From NCBI GenBank assembly GCA_965207225.1, contig CBDBLV010000005.1, positions 320,001-384,000 on the forward strand: a stretch of DNA of 64,000 bases, given 5' to 3'. The notes under the pieces are model-generated. The model ran no database searches, was not told the origin of the DNA, and saw only the letters and a program-made list of their open reading frames with translations. The stretch comes from Dehalococcoidia bacterium (lineage in GTDB: Bacteria; Chloroflexota; Dehalococcoidia; Plut-88900). The translations under genes were made by a program, and so were the position numbers. This document shows, piece after piece, positions 46,866-56,251 of the stretch (its first letter is position 1; each line of letters begins with the position of its first letter).

Positions 46866-47369
46866 ATGACGACGGCGACATTGGCGACTCGCGGACAGAC
46901 GATGGACACGGAGACAGAGCGGCCCCGGCGCAGCTTGGAGGAACTGGTGGACCGGGTGTTCGCGGCGATGGGATTCACGGGGGAGACGGAGACTCAGCCG
47001 GTTGAGCGGAGCGCAACCCGCTCCATCCACGAGGCCCGACGGCTCAGGCAGGCCGGGGACATCGACAACGCGCTGGCGGCGCTGGGCAGTGCGAACGTGG
47101 CGCAGGCCACGCCGAGGGAGGCTCGCTGGGCCTTCTCCGAGTGGAAGCAGATGGTCAGGCGGCGGTTCGAAGACCGGGGCGCCGTGCTCTACAGCCAGGG
47201 CACGGGCAGGGCCTCGGCGCTGGTTCCCCACGGCGACGGGACGCTGGAGGTGGCTGCGGTCCTGGGGATGCGCTGGCGGCCCGGCAAGGTCGTTTCGGGG
47301 CGCAGCCTCCGGGGCCTCCAGCCTCTCGTATCGAGTACGAGGCAGGCTCTAGCGAAGGCTTGCCCTTGA
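46866..47369 (+). CDS. Hypothetical protein
   Basis: AAGGAGG RBS, 167-aa ORF. Confidence 0.7.
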   Translation: MTTATLATRGQTMDTETERPRRSLEELVDRVFAAMGFTGETETQPVERSATRSIHEARRLRQAGDIDNALAALGSANVAQATPREARWAFSEWKQMVRRRFEDRGAVLYSQGTGRASALVPHGDGTLEVAAVLGMRWRPGKVVSGRSLRGLQPLVSSTRQALAKACP

Positions 47370-47829
47370 TCCGGCTCTCCGCACCCTCCTCGGTCGCATC
47401 GGCGGCGCGGTTGTTCTTGCAACCCCTGCGAGGACGCGCTGCCTTCTTACACCTGCTTGCTTGGGCCGAGTGCGCCGCTAGCTAGCGCTCCCCTCGTCCC
47501 GGCTCTCCACATCGTTTGCCACGCCGGAGCCTGACCGCTCCGCCCCCTTGCTTGCGGGACCCAGTCCCGCACCACCCATCCACTAACCCACCCAGGAGGA
47601 ACTATGCCCAACGCACGGCGGGCATTGACATTGCCCGCGCACGGCTTCCCCACGTAGAGCCTGCCCAGTACAGCGATACGGAGGACGCCGCAGCCGGCCA
47701 TCGGCCACAACGACAACACAAAACCCAAGGAGACAGTCCCGGCCATTCGGGACGCCAATTCAGAGCGGGACTGTCTCCACCCCACGGGGGTGGCGGCCGT
47801 CCCGCTTCTTCATTCAAAGGAGAAGCGAC

Positions 47830-48978
47830 ATGACGACGGCAACCGCCACGACGATCAACTCGACGAGGACAACGACGAATGCGGCAGCGTCCGAAGAGCG
47901 CAGGGGCAGGCCGGAGAGCGAGCTCAGGGCCGCCGCCAGGAAGCGCGGCCTCACCTTGAAGGAGCTTGCGGCCCTGATGGGCGTCAGCGCAAGCCACCTC
48001 TCCCAGGTCGGCACAGGCAAGAAGCCCTGGACCCCCAACCTGCGGGAGAAGGCGATGGCCGTGCTGGGCGAGGTCCCTGGGCAGGGGATCGTCTACCGAC
48101 AGACCCGCGAGGTAGATGCAGAAAGTACCTTCATCCGGGAGCGCGCACGCGAGATAGGAATCACCATGCTGGAACTGTCCGACCGGTCGGGAGTGAGCTA
48201 CGGCTACCTGACGCAGGTGGCAAGGGGACGCCGGAACATGGGACCCAAGGTGCAGGCCAGCATCGAGTCGGCGCTTGGGGTGGCGGCCAGGGTCGCCCCC
48301 GCACAGTGCGCCAACCGCCAGGGCGACGTGATCGAGAGTGAGGCCAGCAGCTTCATCAGGGAGACCGCCCGCGCCCTCGGACTAACCATGAGGGAGCTGG
48401 CCGAGAAGGTCGGTGTGTCCGCCGGGTACCTCAGCCAGGTGTCCAGAGGGCACCGTAGCATGGGGGTGAAGCTCCAGGCCAGGGTCGAGGCCATGCTTGG
48501 GGGACGGGCGAAGATCGAGTCCGCCCAGTGTCCCAACCTCGACCAACAGGCCGTCTGGGACCGGATGAAGGAGCTCGACGTCAGCCAGAACGAGGTGGCG
48601 CGTAGGGCGGGCATCAGCTCCGGTCACCTCTCCCAGATCATGAACGGCAGAAGCACCCCGTCAGCCGTGGTTCTGAGGAAGCTCCACGGGGCGCTGTTCC
48701 AGCGGACGAAGGCCGATGAGCGGGTGATGCCCGCGGCCTTGAAGGTGCTGGGCTGGAAGAAGGGGGAGCGCAGCGGCATGGTGGTGCACGGCGCTCGCGG
48801 TAGAGACGGCACGGCCAGGGGCGGTGCGGTGCGCGTCGGCGGGCGCGTGCCCTGGGGCGCGGAGGTGGAGTACGCCTTCCGCACCGGATACGACGGCACG
48901 GGGAAGGTGTCGGTGGACCACGTGGTGGCCCCGGGCTACTCCGCACTGCTGATGCGGCCGGGGGCGGCGACCGCTTAG
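47830..48978 (+). CDS. Protein with four tandem XRE HTH domains + unknown C-terminal domain
   Basis: Four repeats of T/S-x-x-E-L/V-A/S-x-x-x-G-V/I-S-x-x-H/Y-L-S/T-Q-V/I. Confidence 0.85.
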   Translation: MTTATATTINSTRTTTNAAASEERRGRPESELRAAARKRGLTLKELAALMGVSASHLSQVGTGKKPWTPNLREKAMAVLGEVPGQGIVYRQTREVDAESTFIRERAREIGITMLELSDRSGVSYGYLTQVARGRRNMGPKVQASIESALGVAARVAPAQCANRQGDVIESEASSFIRETARALGLTMRELAEKVGVSAGYLSQVSRGHRSMGVKLQARVEAMLGGRAKIESAQCPNLDQQAVWDRMKELDVSQNEVARRAGISSGHLSQIMNGRSTPSAVVLRKLHGALFQRTKADERVMPAALKVLGWKKGERSGMVVHGARGRDGTARGGAVRVGGRVPWGAEVEYAFRTGYDGTGKVSVDHVVAPGYSALLMRPGAATA

Positions 48979-48983
48979 GTACA

Positions 48984-49022
48984 AGAGAGGGAGGCTATCC
49001 GAATTGGATGGCCTCCCTCTCT
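48984..49022. terminator. Long hairpin between convergent genes
   Basis: AGAGAGGGAGGCTATCC-gaatt-GGATGGCCTCCCTCTCT. Confidence 0.7.
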
Positions 49023-49152
49023 ACCGGCATGTATCCCGCTCTCTTTGCGTTTCACCAAGTCCGCATCGGCACCGGCGCGTTAGCGTCCAATGGTCGGCAG
49101 CCGAACTGCCGCCTTCAGCCCATGGCCCCGTGGGGACGCCGACCGGTTGCTT

Positions 49153-52100
49153 CTAGTCAATGATGGTGATGGTGAGCTCGGTGGGCTCCTCGACGGTGTA
49201 GCCCGGGCCGTTCAGCACCCGGAGAATAACCGTCTCGCCGCCTTCCCGCTCCTGGTCTCGTATCGGGTCGAACGTGAACCTGGCCCAACGGAAGCCCGCT
49301 TCCCTGTCGGAGTCGTGGGGGGACTCAAGGGACCGGACCGTGAAGGTGTCGCCCACCTTCTCGATCTGACCGTCTATGTTGAACAAGCGGAAGTCCTCGT
49401 CCAGGGTCGCCGTTCCGCCGACGTACTGGAAGATCACATCCTCCGCGAAGTTCCCGGTCACGTACCACGTCGGGATCCGCGTATGGCCTTCGTAGACTTC
49501 AAAATGTGTCGAGCCCTGCCCGTGGGCATGGGGATGGTCGCGACTGGCCACCGGGGTGTTCTCGTCCGCGTCGTTGTCCACGATGGTCAGCGTGTACTCC
49601 GTGGGCTTGTCCTGCGACAGGGAGTACCCCGTGCCGGGCTCCAGCGTCAGTACGACCACCTCGTCGGCCTCGTTGAGGTTGTCGTCGGTGATGGTTATTT
49701 CGATCTCGGTTTCGAGCATCCCCGCCGGAATCATAACGCTGCCGGGAATGGGGCTGTGGACATCGGTGTTGTCAGAGCCGATATTGGGCGGGAAGCTGAC
49801 GTTGACGCCCACTGTCACCGGATTGTCCGTCTGCCCGTCCAGCCTGACCAGCACCACGTGCGTGCCGGAGCCCTCGCCCGGCTCGCCCGAGGCCGCCGTG
49901 AACGATACCTCCGGCGCGTCGTCGTCCAGGATGGTCAGTTCGTAGATGGTCGCCGATGTATCGAGGGCGTAGCCGTCGCCGCTGTCCAGCGTTAACGTCA
50001 GAGTCTCGTCGCCCTCGGCGTCGGCGTCGTTGACGATGGTTATCGGCACGAAGACCTGGTTCCGCCCGCGCGGGACCGTGACCGTCCCGGAGTTGCTGAT
50101 GGTGAAGTCGTCGCCCGGGCCGTGCTGGCCGTGCACTCCCTCCGTGGCCGTGCCGCTGCTGTCAACGGTGTAGCCGATGGTGATGGCCTCGTGGGGCGCA
50201 GGCTCCAGGGTGATGACCGCCCGGTGCGTGCGGCCCGTCTCACTCACGCTGGCCTCCGCCGTCTCAAAGGCGACCATAGGCAGGTTGTTGTCCGTGATGG
50301 TCAGCGTATGCACGCTTTCTTCGCCCACGTTGTTTCCCGAGCCGACCCGCAGCGTCAGCTCCACCGTCTCGTCCGGCTCGCTTTCGCCGTTGTGGATGAT
50401 CGAAACCGGAATGTCAACGCTCTCGGCGTCTTCCGAAACCTGCACCGTGCCGGAGGCGCGGTAGTCCCGGTTGCGCGTGGCCGTGCTTCTCACGCCATAG
50501 CTCAGGGTCAGGCCGCCCGCGGGCGCGGCAGGGCGGAGATTGACCGTCACGGGGTGCGTGGTGTCCGCCTCGACGACGGTGGATTCAGCGGAGGCAAACT
50601 CCGCCCGCGGCCGGTCGTCGTCCAGGATGGTCAGCGTGTGCGTCCGAGTCGTCCCGACGGTGTAGTCCGAGCTGTTCCCCAGCGTCAGCACCACCGTCTC
50701 GTCGGGCTCGGAGTCGCCGTCGGGGTTGATGGTTACCGGGATGCCGACGCTGTTGATCCCGGCGGAGACCGTCACCGACCCGGAAGAGCCGGTTAAGCCT
50801 TCGATGCTGTAGTCGCCGCTCTGAGCCGTGCCGCCGCCAAGGGTGTAGTTTATGGTCACGTCCTCGGTGGGCGCCGGGACCAGGTTGACGGTGACGCCCA
50901 CGCTCCCGTCGGACTCGCCAACCTCGCTATCGGCCCGGGCGAACTGCGCCCCGGGGCCGTCGTTGTCGGTGATGGTCAGCGTGTAGCGGGACGGAGTTCC
51001 CACGTCGTAGTTCTCTCCCGCGCGCAGGTAGATGTCCACCCACTCATCATCCTCGCTCGTACCGTCGTCGCTCAGCCGCACCCGGATGGGAACGCTGCTT
51101 TGCCCGGGGCCGGCGGTGACCGTCCCGAAGCCGTTGCTCAGGCCGCCGATCGTGAAATCCTCGCCGGCCTCGGCGACGCCCCCGATCTGGTACCTGATGG
51201 TGGTGGCGGCGTGGGGCGCCGGAACCAGGTTGACCACCACGTCGTAAGTGCCATCTCCCTCGCTCACGGTGGCCGTGGCCGGGTCGTCGGCGAAGGACAC
51301 CTCGGGATTGTCGTTGTCCCTCACCTCGACACTGGCCGACCGGTCCGAAGACGCCGTGTAGCCCTCGCCGTTGTTCAGGGTGACGAATATCTCCCCGTCG
51401 GCGTCGTCGGTATCGTTCCCCACGGTGGGCACGGTTATGGTGGCGCGGCCGCTGTTGCCTATGGTCGCCTCCTTCCGGCCCAACTCTCCGGCGGCTACGT
51501 AGCCGCCACGCTGGATCACCGTGTAGTGGAAGGTGAGGCTGTCGTCGGCGGCGGGCGCCGGGGAGGCCCTGACCGTGAATTGGGCGGCGTCGCCCTCGTT
51601 GACCGGATCGCCGCCCCGCACCCATAGTCGCGGCTGGCCCGGGATCTCGTCGGTCGCCATCACGGGCTCCGACCAGAAGCCGGGTGTGCCGTCGTTGTTC
51701 ACCGCCCGCACGGCGTAGCAGGTGGGGGTGTCCGGGTCTATGGAGTAGTCCAGGTGGATGGTTATACTCCGTTCCACCACGGCGTCATCCTCCCCGGGGG
51801 TCTGGCACGGCGCCGGGGCCGACCACACCTCGTAGTGCGACACCACTAGGCCGTGCACCGACTCCAGCTCGTCCCACAGCACGATGGCTATGGGAGGGTC
51901 GGGGTAGAACTGCGCCCGCAGGCCGTGCGACTCTCTCTCGCCCGTTCCGGTGCGGGACTGGATGAAGGCTTCGTTGTTGTCGTCTACGTAGTCGAAGTAG
52001 TCGGTGGAGTGCCAGCTGTTGCCGCTGGTCGCCTCGCAGGCTGTCTGGCTCGCCGGTTTCGGCAACACATCACGGCCGTCGCCGTCGATGATGCACACGG

Positions 52101-54117
52101 TATACTTGGAGGCAGCGATGGCGGCCTGGATGCGGTTGACGACCTCCACGCCAAGCGGGGGGATGAGGGTCAGTGTCGGTAACAGCAACTGGTCTCTGGG
52201 GGCTTCGGCCGGGGTGACGGGCACGCGTCCGATGTCCCAGACCGCATCGCAGACTCCATTTGCGCAGGACACTTCCCGGTACGTTCCGTCAGTGGTAATG
52301 GCCTCCACGCCCTTGGGCACGCCGGTGAGGGTTACCACCGCCGGGGGCTCGTCCGGGCCGTTGTTCGCCGCCTTGATGGTGTAGGCTCGCTGGTCCGATA
52401 CTACTAGCGGGCTGTGCCCTCCGTCCCGCACTTCCAACTCCGCTATCGGCCCCACGCGGAAGGTGTAATTGCCATCGTCTTCATATTCCGTTCCGTCGGT
52501 GCGGGTCGCCAGCGCGTGGAAGTTCACCACGTAGGTGCCCAGGCTGTCGAACTCCATGAAAAAATCAGTATGCCTTGTGACTGGCCTTGTCAGATTAAAC
52601 GTTCTCGAGGCCGTGGGGTTGGGATCAAGTAACGTACCTGCGGTTAAACTGTCAAAGCGGGCTTTGACCCTTCCCGGGGCAGCCGCGCCGTTCAGTCCGC
52701 TCACCGTCATGGTCCAGACCGTATCGCGCCAGTCGGCTAAGTTGTCGTTGAAACCCATCCTGGAATACCAAATCCGGACGCCTGACTTAGCGAGGTGGGC
52801 GGGCGCCTCCTTCCGTGCGGTCTGCCACGAGACAGTGGTGCTGTCCGTTACACTATCGCTGTCGGCATCAATTTCGCGCCCAACGCGGTCCTGTACATGG
52901 AAGAGCATTGACCTCGGTTCATAGTAAGACCTCGGTTCAGAGTAAAAGGCACTAGGCAGCCGGTGTAAACTGGGCACATCGAAATCATCACCGTCCGTCC
53001 ACGCGAACAGCTTAATGCCACCATCGTCTCCGCAGGGGTGGGCCGTAACGCCCACGCAGTCGTGGAGCCACCATAAGAGGATCTCGCCTTCGCTGATCGG
53101 CGGCAATCCGCTGCTCAAGCACAAAATGGCTACGTCGTTCGCCCGCTTGCGTGTGTCCAGATCGAAGGGGGGAAAGACCTCCTCCACCGACGCGGTCAGG
53201 CAGCGTTGCCCCAATGGCATATCTTCCAGCCCGAGACTCACCGGAATCTCTAGATATCCCCCACTCCGATCCAACGTGCCCACATCCCAGAGCCCTGTGA
53301 TGGGGTCAAAGTGGGTTCCGTCCGACGCATCTACACTTCCGGCGAGCCGTAAGCCCTCCAACTCGACATGGACCACTACGCCATACGAAGTGAGATCAAC
53401 ATCGCTGCTAGTTATAAGGCCTATAGCGTGCCTGTCTCTCAAACGCTTGTTAAATACATTCACGCGGAAGGTCATCAGGCCATTCTCATCAGGAACTAGG
53501 CGATCAGTACGGATATCCACGCCCGTGTCGCCGAATGCGTAATCCCCTCCCCACGGGTTTGAGAGACTTTTAAAGATGAACCATTGCTCAATCGCATTGT
53601 TCGCAGTTAGCTCTGGAGGCTCCCTCGGCACGGAATCGATTATGGCGGCCTGCAAGTGTAGCGGAAACACACCTTCAGGGGATGTCTCTTCGTAGGGGGA
53701 TCTTTGGAACAACTCCTGCCACCATCTGCTCCGAGCGCTTTCTCCTGATCGAATGAATGGGATCGTCCATATCCCCGTTAAAGGATCGAACGTCCCTGAC
53801 GACAACTCTAACTCTACATCGCAAAAGTTTCTTGGACAGTTCGTTACTTGCAGCGGAGTGATCTTGACCTTGACGTTCCACACGTCAACCGCTTGGCCAT
53901 CGATGGCATTGTTCCAGACGGTCAATTCCCAGCGTGGGCTGGACTGCCTCTCATAAGCTTGCGGATTCGATTCCAAGGAAAGGTCGAAGCGCAAAGGGGG
54001 CGGCGAGGCCGCCGCCGTGTCAGCGGTCGTGGTCGCCATCAGCGCGGCCAAGACGACTGACAGGCATAGAGCAACCAGTGTCCTGTGGGCGCGAATCTCT
54101 GAAAAGGAGTGTCTCAT
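49153..54117 (-). CDS. Large secreted adhesin-like protein (DUF11-like, Fn3-like, ~7 Calx-beta repeats)
   Basis: Signal peptide; NNGP motif; repeats ending TLTI-x-D-N/D-D with E-x-DET-x-x-LTL. Confidence 0.85.
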   Translation of the reverse strand: MRHSFSEIRAHRTLVALCLSVVLAALMATTTADTAAASPPPLRFDLSLESNPQAYERQSSPRWELTVWNNAIDGQAVDVWNVKVKITPLQVTNCPRNFCDVELELSSGTFDPLTGIWTIPFIRSGESARSRWWQELFQRSPYEETSPEGVFPLHLQAAIIDSVPREPPELTANNAIEQWFIFKSLSNPWGGDYAFGDTGVDIRTDRLVPDENGLMTFRVNVFNKRLRDRHAIGLITSSDVDLTSYGVVVHVELEGLRLAGSVDASDGTHFDPITGLWDVGTLDRSGGYLEIPVSLGLEDMPLGQRCLTASVEEVFPPFDLDTRKRANDVAILCLSSGLPPISEGEILLWWLHDCVGVTAHPCGDDGGIKLFAWTDGDDFDVPSLHRLPSAFYSEPRSYYEPRSMLFHVQDRVGREIDADSDSVTDSTTVSWQTARKEAPAHLAKSGVRIWYSRMGFNDNLADWRDTVWTMTVSGLNGAAAPGRVKARFDSLTAGTLLDPNPTASRTFNLTRPVTRHTDFFMEFDSLGTYVVNFHALATRTDGTEYEDDGNYTFRVGPIAELEVRDGGHSPLVVSDQRAYTIKAANNGPDEPPAVVTLTGVPKGVEAITTDGTYREVSCANGVCDAVWDIGRVPVTPAEAPRDQLLLPTLTLIPPLGVEVVNRIQAAIAASKYTVCIIDGDGRDVLPKPASQTACEATSGNSWHSTDYFDYVDDNNEAFIQSRTGTGERESHGLRAQFYPDPPIAIVLWDELESVHGLVVSHYEVWSAPAPCQTPGEDDAVVERSITIHLDYSIDPDTPTCYAVRAVNNDGTPGFWSEPVMATDEIPGQPRLWVRGGDPVNEGDAAQFTVRASPAPAADDSLTFHYTVIQRGGYVAAGELGRKEATIGNSGRATITVPTVGNDTDDADGEIFVTLNNGEGYTASSDRSASVEVRDNDNPEVSFADDPATATVSEGDGTYDVVVNLVPAPHAATTIRYQIGGVAEAGEDFTIGGLSNGFGTVTAGPGQSSVPIRVRLSDDGTSEDDEWVDIYLRAGENYDVGTPSRYTLTITDNDGPGAQFARADSEVGESDGSVGVTVNLVPAPTEDVTINYTLGGGTAQSGDYSIEGLTGSSGSVTVSAGINSVGIPVTINPDGDSEPDETVVLTLGNSSDYTVGTTRTHTLTILDDDRPRAEFASAESTVVEADTTHPVTVNLRPAAPAGGLTLSYGVRSTATRNRDYRASGTVQVSEDAESVDIPVSIIHNGESEPDETVELTLRVGSGNNVGEESVHTLTITDNNLPMVAFETAEASVSETGRTHRAVITLEPAPHEAITIGYTVDSSGTATEGVHGQHGPGDDFTISNSGTVTVPRGRNQVFVPITIVNDADAEGDETLTLTLDSGDGYALDTSATIYELTILDDDAPEVSFTAASGEPGEGSGTHVVLVRLDGQTDNPVTVGVNVSFPPNIGSDNTDVHSPIPGSVMIPAGMLETEIEITITDDNLNEADEVVVLTLEPGTGYSLSQDKPTEYTLTIVDNDADENTPVASRDHPHAHGQGSTHFEVYEGHTRIPTWYVTGNFAEDVIFQYVGGTATLDEDFRLFNIDGQIEKVGDTFTVRSLESPHDSDREAGFRWARFTFDPIRDQEREGGETVILRVLNGPGYTVEEPTELTITIID

Positions 54118-54161
54118 GCTTCGACCACCTTACGGTGAAATGCAGCACCAAGACGCACATC

Positions 54162-54194
54162 GAATCGGGCGGCGTGGTAAGCGCCGCCCGATTC
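54162..54194. terminator. Hairpin between the two surface-protein genes
   Basis: GAATCGGGCGGCG-N7-CGCCGCCCGATTC. Confidence 0.6.
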
Positions 54195-54200
54195 CAGGCG

Positions 54201-55883
54201 TCAGTTGCCCCAGGTCACCCGGACTTCCTGGGTAGTAATGAACTCGAGATGGTCTCCGTCTTGGTAGTTGATTCTTACGTGGTAGGTGTTGGACACGCCT
54301 CCTGATTCGCTGGTGGACCACTGGGTTGTGGGCCGCGGATTCACTTCGGGAGGCAGATCATGCCATTGCGAGCTATCGCCCCGGCGGATTCGCCAATCGT
54401 AGTGAGGAATGGTACCCGAGGGCAGTTCGAATACGGACACCGAGAAATGCACCGTCTCCCTAGCCGCCGGGGATTCGTTGTCAACGCTGAGGGTCACGTA
54501 CGGCCCCAGGTCTTCCAATTCGATCCTCACCGCCAGCGTATGGTCCACGCTGTGGTCGGGATTGCTCTCGTGATCTATCGTGTTGGTCACCCCCAGGGTG
54601 AGATCGTAGGTCGCCTTGGTCTCGTAGTCCAGGTTGGCGCCCTCGGCCACACTGATTTGGACGGAGTATGGATCGGCGTCCGTCGTGGATGCTACGGCGA
54701 AGTTCTCGTGGCCGTCGCCGGAGAGGCTGTACTCCAGATTACTCGATTCCGAGAAGACCAGGATCGGGTCGCCGACGTCGGTCCCTGCCGGGGAGTTCTC
54801 CGGCACGCTGCGGATGACGCCAAACGTAGGCGGCTCCACCTCGGCCAGCAAGTCGCCGACGTAGACGACGTACTTCTTCACCTCGCTGGTCACGGTGACA
54901 TTATCGCTGATCGGAGTCCAGTGCTCGTCGTAATCCTCTTCCCCAGGTTCATGAGGGTTGTCTTCGCGCACGTATGCAACCAGTTGTACCCAAATCTCGT
55001 AGGTGCCGGACTCGGTGAAGATCCACTGTAGGTTCTCTATTTCTGTCCCAGGCTCCATCTGCATTTCGCTGATGCCGGGCGCTGTGCTGGACCACACGAA
55101 TTCAGCGTGTGCCTGTGCGCCGTCGTTCGGCTTGGGGGCGCGGTAGGCCACGAAGCCCGGATGATTGCCCGGGTGTCCGGGATACCGCTCGACCACCAAT
55201 CGGTAGCGCAGGGGCGGGGCGCCGTCGTCCGCGTCCCAGTACTGGTCGTCGTCCAGGTGTCGCGTCGAGAATCCCAGGGTCAGGTCCGAGGTCTCGTTCT
55301 TGTCGGCGGTGTCCGGGTCGTCCAGTTGCAGCCACCAGACCTGGGTTCCCTGGGGTACCGGGTCATTCTTCCCAAGACCCAATAGCTTGCGGACCTCAGG
55401 ATACTCGTCCAGCACCAACTGTCCGGCGTTCGCCTCTGCGTTGGTGGCGACCACATCCACCTGGTAGTGTTCGTTCCTCACATGGAAGATGGCCTCTCCG
55501 ATGTCGATATCGGAGTCGGACAGGGTGGTGACTGTAATCTCCGCGCCCTCGTCGTCATACTCGGTGGTCGTGACCAACTCTGGCGGACACTCATTGAGGT
55601 GCAGGTAGTTCGCGTCCTCGCGATCGTCTTCGGAATCGTCCTCCTCGGTCACCCATTCCCAGTAGGCGTCGAAGAGGTAAAAGTGGCCCTCGGTGATCTC
55701 GTGGGGCTCTTCCATGAAGGCGTCCCCGGCACCGGGGCCGCAGGGCTGGGGGTCGGTGTAGTCGTTGTCCGGGCTCTGGGCTTGGGTGGGGGTCACCACT
55801 AAGGCGGCCACCGCTACAAGAGCCAGCGCCAGGACGACGCCGAAGAGTTTCAGGGGGATTGATGCGTTGGTAAAGCTGTTCAT
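54201..55883 (-). CDS. Secreted acidic protein with a cadherin-like domain
   Basis: Signal peptide; RSVPENSPAGT-x-VG-x-P...LDYETK-x-x-Y-x-L. Confidence 0.8.
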   Translation of the reverse strand: MNSFTNASIPLKLFGVVLALALVAVAALVVTPTQAQSPDNDYTDPQPCGPGAGDAFMEEPHEITEGHFYLFDAYWEWVTEEDDSEDDREDANYLHLNECPPELVTTTEYDDEGAEITVTTLSDSDIDIGEAIFHVRNEHYQVDVVATNAEANAGQLVLDEYPEVRKLLGLGKNDPVPQGTQVWWLQLDDPDTADKNETSDLTLGFSTRHLDDDQYWDADDGAPPLRYRLVVERYPGHPGNHPGFVAYRAPKPNDGAQAHAEFVWSSTAPGISEMQMEPGTEIENLQWIFTESGTYEIWVQLVAYVREDNPHEPGEEDYDEHWTPISDNVTVTSEVKKYVVYVGDLLAEVEPPTFGVIRSVPENSPAGTDVGDPILVFSESSNLEYSLSGDGHENFAVASTTDADPYSVQISVAEGANLDYETKATYDLTLGVTNTIDHESNPDHSVDHTLAVRIELEDLGPYVTLSVDNESPAARETVHFSVSVFELPSGTIPHYDWRIRRGDSSQWHDLPPEVNPRPTTQWSTSESGGVSNTYHVRINYQDGDHLEFITTQEVRVTWGN

Positions 55884-56251
55884 CGATTCTCCTAGCTTCC
55901 TTGCTTTCGAAATCTAGATCGAGTTGGTTCGTTGTTCTTTGCCTCGCGCCCAAGACGGGTGCGTGTTTCTACACTGGTTTTGCTCCGTGCGGGACGACTG
56001 ATATCACAATCGTCAGCTATCGTTTCCGCCATCGTGTTGAGTCTTAGTATCATTGTTCCCTGTCGTCGCCAACCGTGGAGTACGTTCGGATCATTGGTAT
56101 TGAGCTTCGTACGCGTCCAATCGACGAGGTACGGTCTCGACACGGACAGTGGGCAAGGCCACCATTACGTTGATAATTGAGATATAGTATCATTACTATC
56201 CATCAGTCAGCATAAACCACCGAAGCGGATGTTGTCAATAGCGCCGACCAA

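Noticed and set aside
49153-55883. Diversity-generating retroelement targets
   Set aside because: No reverse transcriptase and no TR/VR pair seen
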